Origin: Acidobacteriota bacterium
GTDB taxonomy: Bacteria > Acidobacteriota > UBA6911
Direction of reading: 5' to 3'
DNA length: 64,000 nucleotides
NCBI GenBank assembly: GCA_963664705.1
Contig: OY761556.1
Coordinates: forward strand, 2,432,001 to 2,496,000
Positions 50,238-58,983 of this stretch are shown here, in pieces (the stretch's first letter is position 1; the number at the start of each line of letters is the position of its first letter). The position numbers and the translations under genes are program-made. The notes under the pieces were generated by a model. The model ran no database searches and was not told the DNA's origin. It worked only from the letters and a program-made list of their open reading frames with translations.

Positions 50238-51386
50238 TCATTCCATAATCCATTCCGGCGCATCCACCGGAACAGATCGGCTCATGGTCTCGAGCGCAAT
50301 TTTCCGAATTGTGTCAGGGTTGACATCCGTTCCGCCACTACCCGCAATGTAGCTGTAAACCAGCGGGCGATCCGCAGAATGAACAAGAGCAGACTTCAAT
50401 TCCTGGCAGAAGATTCCGCCGCCGCCCACTGAAAAATTGCGGTCAATCACGGCGACTTTCTTCTTCCCCGACAACGCCTGCTGAATGGCCTCAACCGGGA
50501 ACGGCCTGAATGCACGTAATTTCAACATCCCGACCTTCAGCCCTTCCTCGCGCATCTGGCTCACCGCCAGTCTGGTCGTGCTTGTCATGGAACCTACGGC
50601 AACAAGAACAACATCCGCATTGTCCATCATGTAGGGCTCTACCAATCCGTACCCTCTCCCGAATTTCGCCTGGAATTCCTGGTCGACCTGTCGGGCAATG
50701 GTTTTGACGGATTCCATACCCACATGAGCCAGGTGCTTGTACTCCCGATACTTTTCGGATGACACGACCGGGACAAGAAATCCGGGCTTATCGACGTCGA
50801 ACCTGTGAGGCAGGTCCAGCGGGGGCAGGAATGAATCCACCTGTTCCTGATCCGGCACTTCCACCGGCTCGACAAAATGAGACACATAAAATGCATCGAC
50901 GCAGACCATCACCGGCAAATAGACCTGCTCAGCAATTTTGTATGCCTGGATAACCGTATCCAAAGCCTCCTGCCCGTTCTCGCAATAAAACTGCATCCAC
51001 CCTGTATCTCGCTGGGACAGGCTGTCCAGATGGTCCGCCCAAAATCCCCAGGGTGCCGAAATAATCCGATTCACGTTGACCATCACAATCGGAAGCCGGC
51101 AGCCCGCGGCAAAGTGCAGCATTTCATGCATCAGCCCGAGCCCCTGGGAAGAGGTGGCGGTAAATGTTCTTACTCCGGTCAGGGACGCACCAATGCATGA
51201 AGCCATTGCCGAGTGCTCGGACTCCGTGCGCATCATGATCCCCTTCAGTTGACCGGAAGCCTCCCAGCTTGAAAGCCGCTCATAAATGGATGTCTGCGGC
51301 GTAATCGGATATGCGGCGATCAGCGGCGTTCGGCAGAGCGAAACGGCATTCGCCACGGCATCGTTGCCGGACATGAACTCTCTCAT
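50238..51386 (-). CDS. porA: 2-oxoacid:acceptor oxidoreductase alpha subunit
   Basis: SGNDAVA, YPITPQT, ESEHSA, TATSSQG, FRPFP. Confidence 0.88.
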   Translation of the reverse strand: MREFMSGNDAVANAVSLCRTPLIAAYPITPQTSIYERLSSWEASGQLKGIMMRTESEHSAMASCIGASLTGVRTFTATSSQGLGLMHEMLHFAAGCRLPIVMVNVNRIISAPWGFWADHLDSLSQRDTGWMQFYCENGQEALDTVIQAYKIAEQVYLPVMVCVDAFYVSHFVEPVEVPDQEQVDSFLPPLDLPHRFDVDKPGFLVPVVSSEKYREYKHLAHVGMESVKTIARQVDQEFQAKFGRGYGLVEPYMMDNADVVLVAVGSMTSTTRLAVSQMREEGLKVGMLKLRAFRPFPVEAIQQALSGKKKVAVIDRNFSVGGGGIFCQELKSALVHSADRPLVYSYIAGSGGTDVNPDTIRKIALETMSRSVPVDAPEWIME

Positions 51387-53101
51387 GACAAATCCTTCAT
51401 CTCAACTGCGTTTCTAGGACAAGCCGTTGCACACGTTCCGCACCCTTTGCAATGCTGGTCGTCGATAGTTCGCGTGCATTGCTCCACATCAACGGTAATC
51501 ACACCTTCCGGACAGTAGTAATAGCAATTGAGACACGCATTACACCGCCCGCAGGAATAGCACCGTGATGCAGACAGAAGCGCGGTCTTCGCATCCGCAC
51601 TCAGGTTTACTTCTGAGAATGTCTGTATTCGCTTTTTGTGGCTGAGTTTTTTATGTTTCAGTCTTTCCGATTGTTCGAAATAGAGCGTGCGGATGGCTTC
51701 GAGCAAAACCACTGATTCGGTTTCCGGCCACACTCCGCTTTCCCTGGCACTCAAATAAGTTTTCATTGAAAGCGATCCTTTGTTGCCTACAGCAACGCGG
51801 GATAACGTCATTGGATCATGAATTCCGCGGAACGCAAGATCCATTGAGATTGCCGCTCTTTTTGCAGACGCAATCGCATTCACGATCGTTCTCGGCTGAC
51901 GCGCGGCATCGCCACCGGCAAAAACGCCGGATCCGGGTACAGGTTCGATCAGTCCCTTTTTTATCAGTTTCTCAGGCACCCATGAAACATCGACCAGTTC
52001 TCCAACTGCAGTGATCAGGCTGTCGGTCTCAATGGTGGTAAATTCCCCTGCCTTTGGCATCGCGGCCGATCGGCCGCTTTCATCCGGGGCGCCCAATTCC
52101 ATCTGCTGAAAGACTACCGCAAGACGCCCATTCATGCGCCTGACCGAAACCGGCTGAAGGAGGAATTTGAATTCAACCCTTTCCTCTTCCGCTTCCCGTA
52201 TTTCATCAGGAATAGCAGGCATTGCCTCTCGCGTCCTTCGATACGCAATGGTCACATTCGAACCAAGGCGGCGCGCGGACCTGGCAACATCCATCGCCGT
52301 ATTTCCGCCACCAATGACCAGCGTCTCAGAGCCAAGCGCGACCTTGTTTTCGGAGTTCAGAGCCTCCAGGAATTCTCCCCCATTCCATATGCCGGCAAGA
52401 TCCTCTGATTCGAACGAGAGAAGTGCATTCAGAGATGCTCCGGGTGAAAGGAAAACAGCGTCATAGGAATCCAAAGCGTCAAATGTTATATCGCGCCCAA
52501 CCTTGCAGTCTGTCCGCAGTTCAATCGGCAGTTTCAGGATCCGACGGATTTCCCTATTTAAAACCGCTTTGGGCAGCCTGAACTCCGGGATCCCCCATCG
52601 CATGACGCCGCCCGCAGCTTCCTTCCCCTCAAATACGGTCGGACGATGTCCGAGAAGAGCAAGAAAGTAGGCGCAGGAGAGACCCGCGGGGCCGGCTCCG
52701 ACGATTGCAATTTTTTTAGGTTCTTTTGCGGGTATAGGCTGCGGCGTAGGGTAAGTCCCGGCCCGCAGACCGGAGACAAAGCGTTCGAGCATCTGAATCG
52801 AAACCGACTCGTCCAGATGCGCCCGGTTGCATCCGCCTTCGCACGGATGGAAGCACACTCTGCCACAGACTCCGGGGAATGGGTTCTCCACAAGAATCGT
52901 GGACATCGCCTCGGCGTATTTCCCCCTATCCGCCAGTTGTACAAACAAGGCAATGTCTGTCCCTGCCGGACATGCCTCCTGGCACGGAGGGACCAGGTGC
53001 TGCGTCCTGGGTTTCAGCGTGCTCCATTTCCCTGTATCTATTGTCTCCGTGCTGCCGTAGGAGATGGGGATGACAAACTCTTTTGATTCCTTACTGCCCA
53101 T
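51383..53101 (-). CDS. Delta-subunit ferredoxin with inserted GltD/NfnB-like FAD/NAD(P)H oxidoreductase
   Basis: PorD-like TGKWSTLKP; PCQEACP and CGRVCFHPCEGGC; GAGPAG; GGGNTAMD; YRR; C-terminal CNACLNCYYYCP and CKGCGTCATACP. Confidence 0.85.
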   Translation of the reverse strand: MGSKESKEFVIPISYGSTETIDTGKWSTLKPRTQHLVPPCQEACPAGTDIALFVQLADRGKYAEAMSTILVENPFPGVCGRVCFHPCEGGCNRAHLDESVSIQMLERFVSGLRAGTYPTPQPIPAKEPKKIAIVGAGPAGLSCAYFLALLGHRPTVFEGKEAAGGVMRWGIPEFRLPKAVLNREIRRILKLPIELRTDCKVGRDITFDALDSYDAVFLSPGASLNALLSFESEDLAGIWNGGEFLEALNSENKVALGSETLVIGGGNTAMDVARSARRLGSNVTIAYRRTREAMPAIPDEIREAEEERVEFKFLLQPVSVRRMNGRLAVVFQQMELGAPDESGRSAAMPKAGEFTTIETDSLITAVGELVDVSWVPEKLIKKGLIEPVPGSGVFAGGDAARQPRTIVNAIASAKRAAISMDLAFRGIHDPMTLSRVAVGNKGSLSMKTYLSARESGVWPETESVVLLEAIRTLYFEQSERLKHKKLSHKKRIQTFSEVNLSADAKTALLSASRCYSCGRCNACLNCYYYCPEGVITVDVEQCTRTIDDQHCKGCGTCATACPRNAVEMKDLS

Positions 53102-53658
53102 CAGACTGTCTCCTCCGGCTCGAATATTGTGATCGTCTCATAGGCACGCTCGACGGCCTGTACATTGACATCAACCTTCGATGGTACCATCTTTCTGACG
53201 GCAGCAATCAGAGTATCCAGGTTTATCAGGCCCGTCAGCCGAGCATAGGCGCCCAGCATCGCGGTATTGAAGTTATCTCCAAGTCCGGCATTCTTGGCAA
53301 TGCCGCTCGCATCGACCAATCCGATTTTGAATGCCCGGAGCGCGGGAAAATGCTCGATTCCGGATCTTGAGTTAATCAGGATGGATCCGCCCGGCTTGAT
53401 TTCCCTCAGTATTTCTTTTTCATCCGCAAGAGACAAATCAAAGACAACAATATGATCCGGATTCTTAATCTGGCATTTCAGCAGTATTGGCTGTTCGTCT
53501 ATGCGCAAAAAACCGAATACGGGAGCTCCCCTGCGCTCTCCCCCAAAAAGGGAGAAAGCCTGGGGATATTTTCCTTCCAGAAAAAAGGATCTTCCCAGAA
53601 TCTCGGCGGCGGTGACGGCTCCCTGACCGCCCCTCCCCTGGAATTTTACTTCAATCAT
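53101..53658 (-). CDS. porC: 2-oxoacid:acceptor oxidoreductase gamma subunit
   Basis: GRGGQGAVTA, FGGERRGAPV, NTAMLGA. Confidence 0.9.
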   Translation of the reverse strand: MIEVKFQGRGGQGAVTAAEILGRSFFLEGKYPQAFSLFGGERRGAPVFGFLRIDEQPILLKCQIKNPDHIVVFDLSLADEKEILREIKPGGSILINSRSGIEHFPALRAFKIGLVDASGIAKNAGLGDNFNTAMLGAYARLTGLINLDTLIAAVRKMVPSKVDVNVQAVERAYETITIFEPEETV

Positions 53659-53865
53659 GCGGCATACCCCTTTATCGAGGCTTCGAGTTTAACCTGAAGT
53701 TGCGGAAGAAGCCAGAATTCAGAGTCCTGAATTTGCCTCGATACGCCAGCACAGGGTGTCTCCGCATTCATATGCTCTTCTGGCGATTTCTTCCTCGCCA
53801 GAATTCCAGAGCTCGAAGCCCTTTGAACGCTTCGAGCCCTGCAGTCTCTGAGATTGAACGCGAAT

Positions 53866-56253
53866 CTATTGGTAGGCGGGGTGGATGCTCCCATCCTGAA
53901 GTTGCCAATGCGGGAGCCATACCAATGCAACCATCCGGACTGCTATGTCCGCTTTTTTCGGTCGTTGCGAGGCGATCTCTATTTTCTGCGTTTGCGGATC
54001 GGTTGTGCCTTCAAGAACCTGAATCTCACTATTCAGTTCCGCCTCAAGATCCGCCTTCTGCTGCTGGAGGGCGTCAAGATTCTCGGAAGCAGCGGCGACA
54101 TCCGATTTTTCCTTGGCGGTGCGCATGCCGCTGCGTATGGTTCCGGAAGCTCTGCTGATATTTCCAGCGGAGAATGTCTTTCGCCCCATGAAAGCTCCCA
54201 GCAAGGTAGCGCCCAGAGACATGGCAGTCTGGACTCCGACCTGGCGCACATCGGACTTTTCTTTCTCAATGCGCTGTTCGGCTCGTCGGATTCGATCCTC
54301 CAGCATGGAGATTTTGGGTCCGTACTTGCGCCGGAGCGCCTCAACCGATTGATCCCGCTTCTCCCTCGCCACCTGGCTCACTCGTATGCGGAAATCTCCC
54401 TCGGATTCTCCCGGGTTTGAACTGAGTTTAAAATCCAGGCTGCGGAAACTCTGGATCTCCGAAGTCCGGTAAATGAAGCTGGCAAAATCCCGTTCCCACG
54501 CCTTGTAGTTTTGAGGCTTGCAGGCGGAGGATGGCAGTTGCACAAAGCTTCCCGTAACAGACGGCTCCTTTTCCATCTCCCTTTCATCAAAGTCGCCCGG
54601 TTTCGATTCATCCCACGATAGAGATATCTCTCCCGGGTCCGCAAGAAAGGAATGCCGTTTATTTTCCACGCCGCGATAGCTGACATCCGCCATACCGCAA
54701 ATCGCGGGTCTATATAGGGGCTGTGCCCCAGCCGGTTGTGAACCACGAAGAGGGAAAAAGTATTGGACTATCTGCGGCGGGAGACTTGGCCGATCCCCAA
54801 GGCCGGATGCGGCGATAACAGGCCTTGGCGGCGGAACTTCCGCCGGAGTCACGGTTTTCTTCGCCGAGCTCAGCATTTTGGTCTGAGCCAGAGTCAACGG
54901 TCCCCGCAGATAGGACAGACACCATCGTGTCTTAAATACTTCGGGAGCATTCTCGTGAATATTCTTCATTAGAAAAACACCTTTGCCCAGAGCGGACAAT
55001 GCGGTGCGCAGATCCGTTTGCGCATCGAGGAAGCCTGATCCCAGCCCTTGCGCCAGGCGATCGATGTCCTGCGCAGTCTGCATCTTCCCCAAAAACCAGG
55101 TCCCAGCGTTGGACAACGCTTTGTAATCAAGATCGACGGGGTTTTGAGTGGCAAGCAGCAGCCCGACTCCAAAGGCCCGTGCCTGTTTGAACAACAGAAG
55201 CAGCGGTTTCTTTGAAGGGGGGTTGGCGACTGGAGGCACATAGCCGGCAACCTCATCCATATAAACAAGCGCACGCAGGCTGGTCGTTCCGGGTTGAGCC
55301 CTCATCCACGCAACCACCTGGTTCAGCAGCAATGTGACGAAGAACATCCGTTCCGCATCGGAAAGATGCGCAATGCTGAAAATCGAAATCCTGGGCTTCC
55401 CTTCCGGCGCATATAAAAGTCTGGCAATGTCCAAGGGTTCCCCCTCAAGCCAGGAACCGAATCCAGGGGCAGCCAGGAGATTATTCAGCTTTAAAGCAAG
55501 CTCAAAGCGCTCCTTTGCCGGAAAGAATGAATCCAGATCGAAAGCTCCGACCCTCTCGAACGGAGGCGTTTGTATCGAGCGGATCAGGATGCCGAGATCG
55601 ACATTTTTCCCATCCCTCCAGTATTGCTGGATCACATTGGAAATGAGAATATGCTCGCGGCTGCTGATCGGATCCGCAGCAATTCCAACCAGACCGAGCA
55701 GTCCTGTCGTAGCCGCGGAAATCAAGTCGGCTACAGCCTCGCGATCTTCCAGCAGGGCAGCCGAAGGACAGGCAAAGCTGTTCATTACGGATATGGGCAT
55801 CCCGGCGGAGCTTCCCGGCGTATAGATGGTAAAATCGGCAGATTCTCGCAGCTTGAGAACTCGGCTTCCATCCTGCCCTGAATCCAAAAGCCCTTTCTTC
55901 CATAACTCCGCCTGAATTGCAGCATATTGCTCAGGGGTTTGATTGGCGCGCACGGCATCGTCGCTGTTGACCCAGGGCAAAAATTCGGCGGCACTGAGGT
56001 TGGGAAAATTCAGGAGCAGATTCCCCATATCTCCCTTGGGATCGATGACCAGCGCGGGAATTCTGTCTATCGCCGCTTCCTCCAGAATTCCAATGCCGAG
56101 ACCAGTCTTGCCACTGCCCGTCATCCCGACACAGACTCCATGGGTTACAAGATCTTTGGAGTCGTACATGACAAGATCATCCTCCACCCGACCGGAGGAT
56201 AGGTTGTATCGCTTTCCCAGGTAGAACTGACCCAGCTTTTCAAAGTCCTGCAT
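53866..56253 (-). CDS. HerA/FtsK-superfamily ATPase with C-terminal coiled coil
   Basis: Walker A GMTGSGKT, IDPKGD, Walker B LVYMDE, QARAFG, ATQNPVDLDYK. Confidence 0.8.
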   Translation of the reverse strand: MQDFEKLGQFYLGKRYNLSSGRVEDDLVMYDSKDLVTHGVCVGMTGSGKTGLGIGILEEAAIDRIPALVIDPKGDMGNLLLNFPNLSAAEFLPWVNSDDAVRANQTPEQYAAIQAELWKKGLLDSGQDGSRVLKLRESADFTIYTPGSSAGMPISVMNSFACPSAALLEDREAVADLISAATTGLLGLVGIAADPISSREHILISNVIQQYWRDGKNVDLGILIRSIQTPPFERVGAFDLDSFFPAKERFELALKLNNLLAAPGFGSWLEGEPLDIARLLYAPEGKPRISIFSIAHLSDAERMFFVTLLLNQVVAWMRAQPGTTSLRALVYMDEVAGYVPPVANPPSKKPLLLLFKQARAFGVGLLLATQNPVDLDYKALSNAGTWFLGKMQTAQDIDRLAQGLGSGFLDAQTDLRTALSALGKGVFLMKNIHENAPEVFKTRWCLSYLRGPLTLAQTKMLSSAKKTVTPAEVPPPRPVIAASGLGDRPSLPPQIVQYFFPLRGSQPAGAQPLYRPAICGMADVSYRGVENKRHSFLADPGEISLSWDESKPGDFDEREMEKEPSVTGSFVQLPSSACKPQNYKAWERDFASFIYRTSEIQSFRSLDFKLSSNPGESEGDFRIRVSQVAREKRDQSVEALRRKYGPKISMLEDRIRRAEQRIEKEKSDVRQVGVQTAMSLGATLLGAFMGRKTFSAGNISRASGTIRSGMRTAKEKSDVAAASENLDALQQQKADLEAELNSEIQVLEGTTDPQTQKIEIASQRPKKADIAVRMVALVWLPHWQLQDGSIHPAYQ

Positions 56254-56429
56254 ACGATCACTCCCGCTCTGATGTTTATGATGCTATTGTACACATCCCA
56301 TGATTATTTCGTGCAACTTCGATCCTGTTTTTTCTCCGGGTATTATGAATTCCTTTCCTGGATGGCAACGGTTCTTTCAGCGCAGCCGGCATTTTCTGCT
56401 AGAATCTGTCGGCAAATAAAGAGGAGCGT

Positions 56430-58187
56430 ATGCAGCCGGCCAATATCCGCAATTACTTGGATAGTCTGAAAAGGGAGAACGAACTTCGAATCATTGATGT
56501 GCCGGTCGACCCTTGTCTCGAATTGGCGGAAATCCAAAGACGCATCGTTGCGCAACAGGGCCCCGCGCTACTTTTTACGAACGTCAAAGGGACCGAATTT
56601 CCCGTTGCCACCAATCTTTTCGGAACTCGCCGCCGCCTTGACCTGGCATTCGGCAAGGAGCCCTATCGCTTTTTCAGGAGAGTGGCGGAAGCCATCGAAA
56701 CCATTGTCGCCCCATCGGCTTCCGCGCTCTGGAAATATCGAGACCTGGCAAAATCCGCTCTCAAACTGGGCACGGTCCGGCGCAGTTCCGGTCCGGTTCT
56801 CGCAAACGTCATGCGCCCGGCCCGCCTGAAGGAACTGCCCCAGATAAAAAGCTGGCCGATGGACGGGGGGCCATTCCTGACTCTTCCGCTTGCGTATTCG
56901 GAGCACCCATTGTCCGGAAAACCGAACCTGGGTATGTACCGGAATCAGATTTTTGACAACACTACCGCGGGAATGCACTTCCAGGTTCAACGAGGAATGG
57001 GCTTTCACTATTTTGAAGCCGAGAAATTGCGCCAACCACTCCCGGTAAATATTTTTTTGGGCGGCCCGCCCTCCCTGATTGTTTCGGCAATCGCGCCTCT
57101 GCCCGAAAATATACCGGAGGCCGTGCTCGCTTCCCTGTTGCAGGGAGGCAAACTGGAACTGATTCACAAGCCGGCCCTCAGCAAACTCCCGATATTCGCC
57201 GAGGCGGAATTCGCCTTGATAGGACAGGTAGCCCCCGAGGCACGTCGCATGGAAGGCCCCTTCGGAGATCATTATGGATATTATGCCCTTGCGCACCCAT
57301 TCCCGTTTATCGAGATAGAAAAGATCTATCACAGGAAAGATGCCATTTTCCCGGCGACTGTCGTCGGAAGACCTCGGCAGGAGGACCACTATATTGGCGA
57401 GTATTTGCAGGAGCTCTTCTCTCCCCTTTACCCATTGGTCATGAACGGCGTTCGCGCGGTCTGGGCTTTTGATGACGCGGGAGTTCATCCGTTGGCGGGA
57501 GCAGTGGTTCGGGATCGCTACCCAAAGGAAGCGTTCATGGCCGGGATGCGAATCCTCGGAGAAGGTCAGCTTTCCTTGACCAAGTTTCTGATGCTTACCG
57601 ATGAAGATATCCCGCTGCAGGATTTCCGACGCTTGCTGATCCACATTCTGGAACGGGCGGATTTTGCTACAGATCTCTTTGTTTTCTCCCCCGTTTCACA
57701 GGACACATTGGATTATACAAGCGGCAGGATGAACGAAGGCAGCAAGGCTCTCCTGATGGGCCTGGGCGACAAGCGATTCGAGCTGCAAGCCGAGCCTTGC
57801 GCCGAATTGAGAAATCCGCTCTTCCGCCAACAGCGGGTATTCGCGCCTGGGGTTCTGGTCGTTGAAGGACCCGCCTGGCAAGATCAGGACTCCGTTGTGC
57901 AACAGCTGCTTGCAGAAAAGGCTGTGCAGCCATTTCGCCTTATCTGTCTGGTAGACAATGCGTCCGAATGCGTCCGGGATGATCCCTCATTTCTCTGGAC
58001 GGTCTTTACCCGATTTGAGCCAGCTGCGGATATCCATGCCCGGGAATCCAAGCTGGAGCGGTTTCATGTCCGGCTTTCGGCTCCCGTTGTATTCGACTGC
58101 CGGATGAAGCCATGGTATCCCTCACCGGTAGAGCCGCTGCCGGAAACGGTGGCCCGTGTCGATGCGCTGTGGCCATCTTTGTTTTGA
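56430..58187 (+). CDS. UbiD family prFMN-dependent decarboxylase (MqnL-like)
   Basis: GPALLF, NLGMYR, EGPFGDHYGYY, VVGRPRQED, DTLDY. Confidence 0.88.
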   Translation: MQPANIRNYLDSLKRENELRIIDVPVDPCLELAEIQRRIVAQQGPALLFTNVKGTEFPVATNLFGTRRRLDLAFGKEPYRFFRRVAEAIETIVAPSASALWKYRDLAKSALKLGTVRRSSGPVLANVMRPARLKELPQIKSWPMDGGPFLTLPLAYSEHPLSGKPNLGMYRNQIFDNTTAGMHFQVQRGMGFHYFEAEKLRQPLPVNIFLGGPPSLIVSAIAPLPENIPEAVLASLLQGGKLELIHKPALSKLPIFAEAEFALIGQVAPEARRMEGPFGDHYGYYALAHPFPFIEIEKIYHRKDAIFPATVVGRPRQEDHYIGEYLQELFSPLYPLVMNGVRAVWAFDDAGVHPLAGAVVRDRYPKEAFMAGMRILGEGQLSLTKFLMLTDEDIPLQDFRRLLIHILERADFATDLFVFSPVSQDTLDYTSGRMNEGSKALLMGLGDKRFELQAEPCAELRNPLFRQQRVFAPGVLVVEGPAWQDQDSVVQQLLAEKAVQPFRLICLVDNASECVRDDPSFLWTVFTRFEPAADIHARESKLERFHVRLSAPVVFDCRMKPWYPSPVEPLPETVARVDALWPSLF

Positions 58188-58437
58188 TGCCAGCCCCCAA
58201 GCAGCCGCGGCAAAACTTCTTCACGAATGGGCTGCTTTGACCATTCCCCTTGGTTCCCCAAGAGGCGATTTTCCGCATCCCCTGAACCAAACAATCTGGC
58301 GAAATAGCCGGACCAAAATTCATAAGTATCCTAAAATTAGCGACTTATCCGCTAAACCTTTTCCCGGGATCGGCCGATCATTAGATCGGCTTTTAATCTT
58401 TTCTATTGGTACGAAAACTGATAGGTGGGAATACGAT

Positions 58438-58953
58438 ATGCGAGTGAAGAAAAGGGTCTTGGATTCAGAACGAAGGAGATGGCCCAGGCTTAAGCCCTCG
58501 GCTGTACCGTTTCTGAAGTCGGTAACTCTAAGCCAGGGTGCCGAAGTGCAGGCCATTGACATCTCTCGAGGCGGGATGCTGATCGAAACCGAGGTACGGC
58601 TTCGCCCTCAGATGAAGATTTTCCTGCGGCTTGTAACCGTTGATGGGATTATCAAACTTGAGGGATCCGTGGTCCGCTCATCCATCACATCTCTCACCGG
58701 CGCGCCGAAGTATCAGTCCGCGATATCCTTCGAGCATCCTTTTCATATGTTGGATGATATTTCCGAAGAGCCCGCGGCGATGCCGGTATCCGAACCGTTG
58801 CCTGAAGCCGAACTACCTCAGTTGCCCATCGAGCATTCATCGTTTCAGCCAATCTGGGGCCAGTTCGATGAAGATTCTTCAGTGATGACTTTCATAACTC
58901 CGGAACCGCAGGTAACCGATATACGGGACCGACTTAAAACCAATGACTGGTAA
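58438..58953 (+). CDS. PilZ domain protein
   Basis: ERRRWPR (RxxxR) and DISRGG (DxSxxG), acidic tail ending NDW; start placed at ATG 58438. Confidence 0.85.
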   Translation: MRVKKRVLDSERRRWPRLKPSAVPFLKSVTLSQGAEVQAIDISRGGMLIETEVRLRPQMKIFLRLVTVDGIIKLEGSVVRSSITSLTGAPKYQSAISFEHPFHMLDDISEEPAAMPVSEPLPEAELPQLPIEHSSFQPIWGQFDEDSSVMTFITPEPQVTDIRDRLKTNDW

Positions 58954-58983
58954 CTCCTGGCCGCGCTACAGGCGTCCTTTATT

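Noticed and set aside
58188-58437. Possible c-di-GMP riboswitch upstream of the PilZ gene
   Set aside because: The GEMM consensus (GGCAAAC..GAAA..GGGACGCAAAG) was not found by eye; only generic hairpins are present.
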